DNA of 30,664 nucleotides from a virus (lineage: Duplodnaviria > Caudoviricetes). The notes under the pieces were generated by a model that worked only from the letters and a program-made list of their open reading frames with translations, did no database searches and had not been told where the DNA came from. Location: IMG/VR virus record IMGVR_UViG_3300012157_000006, positions 1 to 30,664 of that record. The stretch is one strand, 5' to 3'. A program made the translations under genes and the position numbers. Of the stretch, positions 17,164 through 25,002 are shown piece after piece (the first letter of the stretch is position 1; each line of letters opens with the position of its first letter).

Positions 17164-17175
17164 AAGCAATACTGT
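17147..17175 (+). promoter_or_regulatory. Sigma70-type promoter upstream of scaffold/capsid genes
   Basis: TTGACA (17147-17152), a 17-nt spacer, then TACTGT (17170-17175). Confidence 0.75.
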
Positions 17176-17192
17176 CTGGATAACGAACCAAG

Positions 17193-17225
17193 AACGCCTC
17201 CGAGCGTCGAACCAGAGGAGGCGTT
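17193..17225 (+). promoter_or_regulatory. RBS-sequestering hairpin in the scaffold 5' leader
   Basis: AACGCCTCC (17193-17201) is the exact reverse complement of GGAGGCGTT (17217-17225), which contains the SD for ATG 17229. Confidence 0.7.
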
Positions 17226-17228
17226 GCA

Positions 17229-17861
17229 ATGGAGATCAAGGAACTCGCGATCGACCGGGTGGACGCGGTCGATGTCCCCGCCACTGGCCGTCCGTTCCTC
17301 CTGATGAAGACGGCCGATCCTGCCGAAGTCGCCAAGAACGCGGTCGATCTCGGGACGGCTGTCGCGATGGCGCTCAAGGCGCTTCAGGAAGACGCGATCG
17401 AACTCCCGATGAAGTCGGCCACTGCGCTGAACGGCGTTTCGAAGCTGCTCAACGGCGCTGACCTCTTCAAGCCGAAGGCGACGATGCCCGGCGCTGACGC
17501 GGCCCCTGATGCCTGCCCTCCCGGCATGAAGATGGGGCCGGACGGCAAGTGCATGCCAGCCATGCCGATGGTCGAACGCAAGCAGGCGCCGACCGGCGAT
17601 CAGTCGATGACGGCCAATCCTGGCGTCGTGACTCCTGCCACGGAACAGCTCACGTACGCGGTCAAGTCCGCGATGGCGCCGATGTTCGAGGAACTGACCG
17701 GAGCCATCAAAGCGCTGACCGAGCAGACCGGCGTGAAGACCAGCATCGCTCCGAAGTCGAAGCAGGTGCAGGACGCGGAGCCGGTCGTGAAGTCCGGTAC
17801 CAAGAAGTTCGGTGAGGGTCTGTTCTCCAACGTGCTGTTCGGGCAGCCGGCGGCTCGGTAA
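17229..17861 (+). CDS. Capsid scaffold protein with N-terminal protease-like strand motif
   Basis: Lies between protease and capsid. N-terminus IKELAIDRVDAVDVPATGRPFLLMK, an Ala/Pro/Lys-rich body and an aromatic C-terminal tip (LFSNVLF). Confidence 0.7.
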   Translation: MEIKELAIDRVDAVDVPATGRPFLLMKTADPAEVAKNAVDLGTAVAMALKALQEDAIELPMKSATALNGVSKLLNGADLFKPKATMPGADAAPDACPPGMKMGPDGKCMPAMPMVERKQAPTGDQSMTANPGVVTPATEQLTYAVKSAMAPMFEELTGAIKALTEQTGVKTSIAPKSKQVQDAEPVVKSGTKKFGEGLFSNVLFGQPAAR

Positions 17862-17913
17862 TCCAACGCCCGGTTGGAACCCGGGCCAACATTCATCAGG
17901 GAGGAACACGAAC

Positions 17914-18897
17914 ATGATGCTCAACTGGCTCGAAAAGGCGACGTTCACCTCGGCCGATCTGTCTGGCGGCTCGAACGGTGGACTCCTGTCGCCGGACCAG
18001 CTCAAGCAGTTCCTGCGCATCGCAATCGACGAGTCTGTGCTGCTGAAGGAAGCCAACAACGTGACGTCGATGGCGACCAAGTTCGAGGTGCCGCGCATCT
18101 CGTTCGCGGATCGCATCCTTCGTGCGGGATCTGTGGTCGTGCAGGGTGACCGGCTGGCGTCGGGTCAGCGTGTGAAGCCGGCGACGGGTCTCGTGACCCT
18201 CAGCACCGTCCTGCTCAAGGGCGAGGTGCCGATCGCTGACGAGGTGTTCGAAGATCAGGTGGAGCAGGACTCGCTCGCTGACTCCATCATGACCATGATC
18301 GCGGAGGCGGTCGGCCGCGACGTGGAGGAGTTCGTCATCAAGTCGGACACCGCGCGTATCGGCGGTGAGGATGAGTACCTCGATCAGACAGACGGGCTGA
18401 TCAAGAATCTGCAGTCCGGTCTGCCCGCGGCTCAGAAGGTCGACGCCGCGGCATTCACGAGCTACGACGAGCTGTTCAGCGAGATGATCGAGGCGCTGCC
18501 TCACCGCTATCGCCGGGACTACTCGGCCCTGCGGTTCTGGATTCCTGTCATCCACAAGGACGGGTACCAGAGGGAACTCGCCGGCCGTGGGACTCCGCTC
18601 GGTGACAGTGCGATGACGGAGGGCATGCGAACCAAGCTGGCGTTCCGAGGCATCCCTGTCGTCGAGGTGCCTCTGATGTCCGGCGTTTCGCTGATCAACA
18701 CCGCGTCGGTCGACTACTCGCAGTTCGCTGCGCTGGTGCATCCGATGAACAGCTACGTCGGCTGGCATCGGCGTATCCGGATCGAGCGGTGGCGTGATCC
18801 TCGCGACGGCGCTACCAGCTTCCTGCCGACCTGCCGGGTCGACACGAAGCAGGCCGATCCTGAGCTGGGCGTTCTGGCCTTCGACATCGCGCTGTAA
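17914..18897 (+). CDS. Major capsid protein (HK97 fold, XkdG/P2-like)
   Basis: ATG 17914 follows GGGAGG. Motifs GGLLSPDQLKQF, VPRISFADRILR, DGLIK, LPHRYR, GIPVVEVP and HPMN..GWHRRIRIE. Confidence 0.9.
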   Translation: MMLNWLEKATFTSADLSGGSNGGLLSPDQLKQFLRIAIDESVLLKEANNVTSMATKFEVPRISFADRILRAGSVVVQGDRLASGQRVKPATGLVTLSTVLLKGEVPIADEVFEDQVEQDSLADSIMTMIAEAVGRDVEEFVIKSDTARIGGEDEYLDQTDGLIKNLQSGLPAAQKVDAAAFTSYDELFSEMIEALPHRYRRDYSALRFWIPVIHKDGYQRELAGRGTPLGDSAMTEGMRTKLAFRGIPVVEVPLMSGVSLINTASVDYSQFAALVHPMNSYVGWHRRIRIERWRDPRDGATSFLPTCRVDTKQADPELGVLAFDIAL

Positions 18898-18927
18898 GCC
18901 TCAGCGTAGAAGGAGGAGGACATAGCG

Positions 18928-19209
18928 ATGGCGGCCAACAAGCAGAAGCGGATTCCCGCGTCGGTCGGCGGACGCGGGTGGTCTCTCAAGCAGAACTTCG
19001 GAGCTGGCGCTGACGGGTCGATGGGCGCTCCGATCACCATCACGGGGATCAAGAAGGGCGACATTGTCGTCAGTGCGATCGAGATGCAGGACACATCTCC
19101 AGTGCTGGTGAACATGCTGGAAGTCGTGATCTCGGACGCTGACGAAGTGACGGGTACGACGGACACGTCAGGCAACATCGTGCTCGTGACCTGGTGGACG
19201 AAGAGCTAA
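18928..19209 (+). CDS. Putative capsid decoration protein
   Basis: Immediately after the capsid gene with a strong AGGAGGAGG RBS. Pattern ITITGIKKGDIVVSAI..DTSGNIVLVTW. Confidence 0.6.
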   Translation: MAANKQKRIPASVGGRGWSLKQNFGAGADGSMGAPITITGIKKGDIVVSAIEMQDTSPVLVNMLEVVISDADEVTGTTDTSGNIVLVTWWTKS

Positions 19210-19229
19210 CGCTGTCGACAACGATGAAT

Positions 19230-19255
19230 GGGCCGGCTGTTATCTGAGCCGGCCC
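19230..19255 (+). terminator. GC-rich stem-loop after capsid/decoration genes
   Basis: GGGCCGGCT-gttatctg-AGCCGGCCC with flanking ATGA/TCAT and only a weak U-tract. Confidence 0.55.
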
Positions 19256-19279
19256 CTCATTACGTATAGGAGAGAAGCT

Positions 19280-19603
19280 ATGATTCTGATGATTCCGGAG
19301 AAGGGCCTGCGAGTCGACGGCATGAGGTTCCCCGCGGGCCGGCTAGTGACTAGCGATGAGCACTGGCAAAAGCAACTGATCGCACGAGGAGCAACCGTGA
19401 TCCCTGTGGATCGTGGTGGCAGGGACGTCAAGCCGAAGCCGGAGACGGAAGTGCCGAAGCCAGAGATGGACATGACCAAGCCGGAGGCGAAGGATGCCAA
19501 TCCTGACATTGCAGGACGTAAAGACCCGGCTGGGGATCACGGACTCCTCAAGGGATCTCGAACTGGAAGCCGTACGCGCCGGAGTCGAAGAGTGGATTCT
19601 TGA
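19280..19603 (+). CDS. Small hypothetical protein following the capsid genes
   Basis: AGGAG RBS, a LIARGA motif and three KPE repeats. Its 3' end overlaps the next gene by 110 nt. Confidence 0.55.
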   Translation: MILMIPEKGLRVDGMRFPAGRLVTSDEHWQKQLIARGATVIPVDRGGRDVKPKPETEVPKPEMDMTKPEAKDANPDIAGRKDPAGDHGLLKGSRTGSRTRRSRRVDS

Positions 19604-20120
19604 CGTCACGGGATACTCCCTGACAGCACTTTCAGGATTCACTGAGACACAGCAGAACATCCGCACTGCCCTGCGGTTCAGAACATCCAAGCGCCCGATC
19701 ACTACTCTGGTGTCGATCGAAAGCAAGGAACTCGGAGGCGATTACAGCGTTCTGAGTAGTGAGCTTCTCGACGCGACGAAAGGTGAAGTCATCATCATCG
19801 CTGTCGGATTCGGCGGGACAGATGTCCCTCCCGTAGGAGGTCAGGCGCCGTGGTTCAAGTGGAGAAACAAGATCTGGCCTCTCGTGCGCGTGACCTATGA
19901 TGTCGCGGAGCTGAATCCGATCCCAGCGGATCTCAAGTCCGGCGCGATCGAGATGACTGCCTTCATCTCGTCGATACCATCCGGAGGAGCGCTCAAGTCG
20001 GTATCAGTAGGGTCGATCTCCGAGACGTACGCTGACACTCAGAATGCCGCGGCCTTGCCGCTGGCGACACGAACCATGCTCGGACGGCATCAGCGCTTCA
20101 GCGCGGTCGTCGTGACTTAG
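19494..20120 (+). CDS. Head-tail connector/adaptor (HK97 gp6 / SPP1 gp15-like)
   Basis: Motifs LTLQDVKTRLGITDSSRD, IPADLKSGAIEM and KSVSVGSISETY. GGAGG RBS. Confidence 0.8.
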   Translation: MPILTLQDVKTRLGITDSSRDLELEAVRAGVEEWILDVTGYSLTALSGFTETQQNIRTALRFRTSKRPITTLVSIESKELGGDYSVLSSELLDATKGEVIIIAVGFGGTDVPPVGGQAPWFKWRNKIWPLVRVTYDVAELNPIPADLKSGAIEMTAFISSIPSGGALKSVSVGSISETYADTQNAAALPLATRTMLGRHQRFSAVVVT

Positions 20121-20136
20121 AGGGAGGAGCTGGCAA

Positions 20137-21816
20137 ATGCAAATCTTCGATACGGGAGACGTGGCAGTGGCGAGCGCGGCGAACGATCTGGAGATCTTCC
20201 GGAAGAGTCTCCACGGCTGGAAGGATGTGGTGATCACGCTGACGAACACTGGAGCCCAGGCCATCGGAGACGCGAACCTGAAGACAGGCCCGGGCATTCA
20301 CGGCGGTACGTTTGCCAAGCTGGACACTAACTTCACGGACGCGGACGGTGAGGTCAGGATCATCGCGAAGGTTCCAGACGAGGGCGGCAACGATCTCCGT
20401 GTCGCATTCGTGGATGATCAATCGAATGGCGCTGTCGAGTCAATCGAAGTCGACGGACTGGACATCATCCTTCATCTCGCGAAGGGAGCCGGGACAGCGT
20501 CGTTCCTGGAGACCGCACTGGCCGGCGCTCACAATGACCTGCGTTTCGAGGCGGTCACTCCAGGAACGGATGGAGATAGCATCCGGATCAAGTTCCAGGA
20601 GTCCGGCATCGATACGCCGCTCAGCGTTGTCGTCGATGGGATGGACATCACTGTCATCTTGCAGACTGACAACGAAGTATTCGCTGTCAAGGACATCGGA
20701 GCGGGAAACGCGAAGCTGACCTTCACCGCGGACGCCCCGGGCACGGCTGGCAACGACATCCGAGTCCGCTATGTGGTGGCTGGCCAGAGCACGCCGCTCA
20801 GCGTCACGGTCTCCGTGAAGGACATCACGGTCAACATCGCGACTGACGCGGGAGTCTCCGCATTCCTGGAGACGGCGCAGGGCTCGAACAAGGATCTCCG
20901 GTTCACCGCAGACGTGGTCGGCGTCGGAGGCAACGACATCCGGGTCGCCTACGTGACGGCCGGCATGCTCACGCCGCTGAGCGTGGACGTCAGCATGAAT
21001 GACATCACGGTCAACCTGGAGACCGACGCTGGTGGAGTAGCGATCTCCACCGCCGAAGAGATCCGCGACGCGGTCAACGCGGACATGGATGCCGCGGCGC
21101 TGGTCACAGCGGCGTTCAAGACTGGGCAGGACGGAACCGGAGTGCCTGTCGCCTTCGCTCTTACGAACCTCGCAACCGGCGCGGCGGGAGCGGCGACGTC
21201 TACCGCGAATCAGGTACTCGCCGCGGTCAACGCGAACCAGGAGGCCAACAACCTGCTGACGGCCACACTCGCCGCAGGTTCTGACGGTACCTCTGTGGTC
21301 GTCGCGATCGGGTTTACTGCCCTGGCCACAGGTTCCGACGGAGGGTCAATCTCCACTGCGGACCAGGTGCATGACGCGCTGCTCGCGATCCTGGAAGTCC
21401 GTGAGCTGATCACCGTCGCACTCAAGACAGGCAACAACGGCGAGGGCATCGTGACCGCCTTGGCGTTCACGAATCTCGCCAGCGGTGCCGATGGCGCGAT
21501 CACCACGACTGGCGCGCGTGCGTTCACCACGCTGAACAACTCGGCGGAGGTCAAGAAGCTGGTGACGGTCGAGCTGCTGGGTGCGGCCGACGGCTCGGGT
21601 CTGGTCGAAGCGTTCGCTCTGGCCAACTTGACCGGAGGCGCATCGCCTCCGCTCTCCACGTTCGATGACATGACGTTCGCAGCCATGGCATCGCTGGGGA
21701 CTGAGGATGTGATCGTCGGCGTCGCGGGTCATGCTCAGCTGATCGTGGACGGAGGCGGTGCGGGAGCCACGACAGTTCGAGCAGTGGCAGAAGGATCGTT
21801 GGCCTTCACGTTCTGA
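20137..21816 (+). CDS. Virion structural protein with four nested sheath-like domains
   Basis: Four ~60-aa repeats (e.g. LTFTADAPGTAGNDIRV..DITV) followed by four ~51-aa repeats (e.g. ISTA..AVNA..DGTG..TNLATG). Strong GGAGGAG RBS. Confidence 0.75.
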   Translation: MQIFDTGDVAVASAANDLEIFRKSLHGWKDVVITLTNTGAQAIGDANLKTGPGIHGGTFAKLDTNFTDADGEVRIIAKVPDEGGNDLRVAFVDDQSNGAVESIEVDGLDIILHLAKGAGTASFLETALAGAHNDLRFEAVTPGTDGDSIRIKFQESGIDTPLSVVVDGMDITVILQTDNEVFAVKDIGAGNAKLTFTADAPGTAGNDIRVRYVVAGQSTPLSVTVSVKDITVNIATDAGVSAFLETAQGSNKDLRFTADVVGVGGNDIRVAYVTAGMLTPLSVDVSMNDITVNLETDAGGVAISTAEEIRDAVNADMDAAALVTAAFKTGQDGTGVPVAFALTNLATGAAGAATSTANQVLAAVNANQEANNLLTATLAAGSDGTSVVVAIGFTALATGSDGGSISTADQVHDALLAILEVRELITVALKTGNNGEGIVTALAFTNLASGADGAITTTGARAFTTLNNSAEVKKLVTVELLGAADGSGLVEAFALANLTGGASPPLSTFDDMTFAAMASLGTEDVIVGVAGHAQLIVDGGGAGATTVRAVAEGSLAFTF

Positions 21817-21817
21817 G

Positions 21818-22165
21818 ATGAATGCATGGATAGCGCTGCTTCGACAGTCGGCTGACTTCTATTATCAGTCGACTGTCGAAACAGCGTCGGGAGAGACCAG
21901 GACGGTCTTTCCCGGAGCACCATCGGTCACAGGCGTCAAGTGCAACGTTCAGAGTGGGCGAGGCCGCCAGGAACAGACGGATCAGGGACTTCGCCGAGTC
22001 GCGACGTACGACGGCTTCTTTCTTCCTGGTGCGGTTCTCGTAGAGGGCGATCGTGTCCTGGTCGACGGGACGATGTACCAGGCGACGTTCGTCCATCGTG
22101 CGGTCTACCCAGCATCACAGCATCATGTAAAGGTGACGCTGGAGAAAGTCATCGGAGCGACATAG
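21818..22165 (+). CDS. Head closure / head-tail joining protein
   Basis: Position and size (115 aa), with the pattern VKCNVQ..EGDRVLVDGTMY..HHVKVTL. Confidence 0.7.
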   Translation: MNAWIALLRQSADFYYQSTVETASGETRTVFPGAPSVTGVKCNVQSGRGRQEQTDQGLRRVATYDGFFLPGAVLVEGDRVLVDGTMYQATFVHRAVYPASQHHVKVTLEKVIGAT

Positions 22166-22596
22166 TGCCAGTCGTGAAGTCGTTCAAGGTGCAGGTTGTG
22201 AAGCGGCTGGAGGCCGATGCGACTCGTCTGGTCACCAAGGCTGCTGTCGCCTACACGAACGAGGTCAAGCGACTGATGATCGATTCGCCGCGTGGCGGTC
22301 GGACCTACAGTGTCTCCCGAGTAAAGAAGGGGCGGAAGACACGGGGCCCAGGCCGGGTCCATAAGGCCTCGGCGCCTGGTGAACCACCTGCGGTGAATCG
22401 AGGCGACCTGCTTCGATCGATCGGATTCAAGATCACGACTGTAGGCGGTCGGATCATCGCGGACTGCGGGAGTCGTCTGAAGGGTATACCGTTTTGGCTG
22501 GAGTATGGGACCAAAAGGATCGCGCCTCGGCCAGCGTGGCGACCAGCGCTTGTGGTTCCTAAGAAGATCCTCGGTCAGTTGCCGGGAGTCAAGTGA
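22165..22596 (+). CDS. HK97 gp10-like tail completion/neck protein
   Basis: Motifs HKASAPGEPPAVNRGDLLRSI and LEYGTKRIAPRPAWRPA. The GTG start overlaps the previous stop. Confidence 0.8.
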   Translation: MPVVKSFKVQVVKRLEADATRLVTKAAVAYTNEVKRLMIDSPRGGRTYSVSRVKKGRKTRGPGRVHKASAPGEPPAVNRGDLLRSIGFKITTVGGRIIADCGSRLKGIPFWLEYGTKRIAPRPAWRPALVVPKKILGQLPGVK

Positions 22597-23414
22597 TGGC
22601 AGTTTTCGATCCGCTGGTATTCGATCCAGGAGTCTTCGATGCAGGTCAGATTGATGGCACGGGCCTGGTTCCAGTCGAGATACTCGCTAGTGTCGTTAGC
22701 GATCAGATTTTCAACTCTGTCTTCGATCCGGAGGTTTTCGATCCTGAGATCTTCGATACGCAGGCGCTCGGTAAGATTCCAGTCGAGTCGTCGGGAGTAC
22801 TGGGCGGAACCTTGATTGACCTTCCGTGTGTTCTTCCAATTGAAGTGCTAGCGCAGTTGTCCGCCGGCGGTCCAGTAAGCGTCGTCTTTCACGGATTCGA
22901 ACAGGGGGGTCAACCGATTCCGTTTGACTTCTTGGATGGCACGACTCCAATTCAGGAGTCAGCTATACCAATTCAGGTGGAGTTTGTTGGAGGCAAGGCT
23001 TACTTGACCTGGTTCCGTGAGGCGATCAAAGGTCGACTTCGCAACGACCCATTCATTGTCGCTCTTGTCGGAGTGAACATTCGATATCGTCCTGCTCGGA
23101 TTCCAGAGGAGTATCCGAGTGTGACGTTCTTTGACTTCGGAAATCGTCCTGATGCAAACGCCCCCTTCCTCGATAGGACAGTACAGATTGACATTTGGGG
23201 TAACTCACTGGAGGTCTCGGAGTTGATTGCACAGAGGATCGAATCGCTTATGGACTATGCCGAAGCACGGAGGACCGGCAATATCCCGTGGCAAGCCGTC
23301 AATGGTGTTCGGATCGCACAGTCGATACTAGGCGCCGATAGAAATGAAGCGCTTGACGACGGAGACACAACGCGGAAGACCCTAGAGTTCAGGGTGCTCG
23401 CCTACAAAATCTGA
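22596..23414 (+). CDS. Tail terminator (SPP1 gp17/DUF3168-like) with N-terminal acidic repeat extension
   Basis: C-terminal half reads EAIKGRLRND..ALVG..YPSVTF..VQIDIWG..IAQRIESL. The N-terminal half carries VFDP and IPVE-like repeats. Confidence 0.7.
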   Translation: MAVFDPLVFDPGVFDAGQIDGTGLVPVEILASVVSDQIFNSVFDPEVFDPEIFDTQALGKIPVESSGVLGGTLIDLPCVLPIEVLAQLSAGGPVSVVFHGFEQGGQPIPFDFLDGTTPIQESAIPIQVEFVGGKAYLTWFREAIKGRLRNDPFIVALVGVNIRYRPARIPEEYPSVTFFDFGNRPDANAPFLDRTVQIDIWGNSLEVSELIAQRIESLMDYAEARRTGNIPWQAVNGVRIAQSILGADRNEALDDGDTTRKTLEFRVLAYKI

Positions 23415-23443
23415 TAACGTAACGCTGGAGGAGGATCAAGGCC

Positions 23444-24313
23444 ATGTCTGTCGACGCAACGAAACTGGAACTGGGACCGGCAAACGTCTATCTTTACATC
23501 AAGCCATCCGCGGAGTTCACGACGAACTTCGGCATGGCGAATCAGGACGTGAGGTTCGTTGCCCAAGTGCCCGGCGCTGACGGCAACAACATCACGATCA
23601 CCCTGGTCGATCCTCCCGGCATGAACGTCGCCTTGTCTGTCGTCGTCGATGATCAAGACATCGTCGTCACCTTGGCGACGGATGGCGCGTCCGCGATCAC
23701 GACGACGGCAGCTCAGCTGGTCGCATTCCTGAATGCCGATCCGCGAGTGTTCTTCCTGATCAAGACCAACGCGGACGGTGACGGGACTGGTCTGGTCGAG
23801 GCGCTGGTGCTGACCAACTTGGTCGGCGGATCGGATACCGGCGTGGCGACAGACGTCGGCGCCCTCGGTGACGATCTTCAGATCGTCTTCGCTACGGAAG
23901 CCAATGTCCTGACTGCTGCTCAGACCGGCACCTTTCCGCAGGGCAAGGTCATCTCCGGTGGATCGATCAAGATCCAGGTTCCTTTCAAGGAGATCACGCT
24001 GGAGAATCTTCAGCGCGGCATCCCGAACTCGGTTCTGGTGGATGACGGCAACAGCAGGCTTCAGGTGCAGTTCCGGAATCGGGTCGGGCTGAACATGCGG
24101 ACCCTAGCGGTGAAGATGGAGATCCGGAAGATCATCGCTGGCTCCGAGTCGACGCTGCCGAGTGACATCGTGATCTTCACGGAAGTCTCGCCAGTCGACG
24201 GCGAGGTGACGTTCCCGTACTCGCCGACCGACCAGCGTGTCATCACGGCCAACTTCGAAGCGTGGCCGGACAGCGCGGGCGTGTGGGGCTACTTCGGCGA
24301 CCAGATCATCTAA
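23444..24313 (+). CDS. Major tail tube protein with inserted sheath-like domain
   Basis: LELGPANVY..DVGAL..EITLENL..FPYSPTDQRVITANFEAWPD tube pattern, GGAGGAGG RBS, and position before the chaperones and tape measure. Confidence 0.8.
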   Translation: MSVDATKLELGPANVYLYIKPSAEFTTNFGMANQDVRFVAQVPGADGNNITITLVDPPGMNVALSVVVDDQDIVVTLATDGASAITTTAAQLVAFLNADPRVFFLIKTNADGDGTGLVEALVLTNLVGGSDTGVATDVGALGDDLQIVFATEANVLTAAQTGTFPQGKVISGGSIKIQVPFKEITLENLQRGIPNSVLVDDGNSRLQVQFRNRVGLNMRTLAVKMEIRKIIAGSESTLPSDIVIFTEVSPVDGEVTFPYSPTDQRVITANFEAWPDSAGVWGYFGDQII

Positions 24314-24340
24314 GGCAACTGACAACAGGAGACGACGAAG

Positions 24341-24757
24341 ATGGCAGACGACAAGACGGACCGGAGCGAACTCATGGCGGACCTGGACGCCTTCGCTCCG
24401 GTGCCGGTTCCGTTCAAGTTCAAAGGGACTGAGTACCACGTCAAGGCCTTCCTGGACATGACGTACGCCGATACCATGGAGCTGCTTCGGCTGGAGGAGT
24501 TGCAGAAGGCCAGTAAGGACTGGGGCGAACAAACCAGACTCTTGCTGGCTCAATGCAAGCTGATGGCTATCGACATCCCGGACGATGTCCTGACTACGAT
24601 GTCGCGACGTCAGCTCGTTCAGATCGGATTCGTGTCTATGGAGATGACGCTACGCCCTTTGGCCGAGGCCGTGCAGGCCGTCGAGCAGAAGTCCAGCGAC
24701 TCGCCTTCGCTTTCGCCCGAGTCGCGCGCTTCTACGGGTGGTCGCACGGCGCAATAG
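24341..24757 (+). CDS. Tail assembly chaperone (lambda gpG-like)
   Basis: Lies between tube and tape measure with an AGGAG RBS and contains a slippery site. Confidence 0.75.
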   Translation: MADDKTDRSELMADLDAFAPVPVPFKFKGTEYHVKAFLDMTYADTMELLRLEELQKASKDWGEQTRLLLAQCKLMAIDIPDDVLTTMSRRQLVQIGFVSMEMTLRPLAEAVQAVEQKSSDSPSLSPESRASTGGRTAQ

Positions 24758-25002
24758 TGCAGATGACCGCGAGACAGATCGAACGGTACATCAACCTGAT
24801 TCCTGAGATCCGTGCAGCGGAGCTGATCGATGACGCGGCAGTCTCAGCGTTTCCGTTCTTGACGCCTTCTGCAAGGGATAAACAGATGAAGCGGTGGGCC
24901 ATGGAAGCGAAGATCGTAATGCAGGGCGCTTCTGTGCCTAGGGTTCGTGCTGAACATGTGCGGTCGTTCTTCGCTGCAACACAGCCGGGGCTGAGGAAGT
25001 AA
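24655..25002 (+). CDS. Tail assembly chaperone -1 frameshift extension (gpGT-like)
   Basis: Heptamer C CCT TTG (24655-24661) has X XXY YYZ phase in the gpG frame. The -1 frame reads ..ARFYGWSHGAIVQMT.. to the stop at 25002. Confidence 0.75.
   Translation, partial: PFGRGRAGRRAEVQRLAFAFARVARFYGWSHGAIVQMTARQIERYINLIPEIRAAELIDDAAVSAFPFLTPSARDKQMKRWAMEAKIVMQGASVPRVRAEHVRSFFAATQPGLRK

Noticed and set aside
19494-19603. 110-nt gene overlap as a frameshift or assembly error
   Set aside because: The downstream gene has its own GGAGG and ATG. The overlap is simply a low-complexity tail of the upstream ORF.
20137-21816. Contractile tail sheath gene (myovirus)
   Set aside because: Only accessory-domain-like repeats are present. 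The conserved sheath C-terminal core is not recognisable, the position is among connector genes and no baseplate genes are seen.
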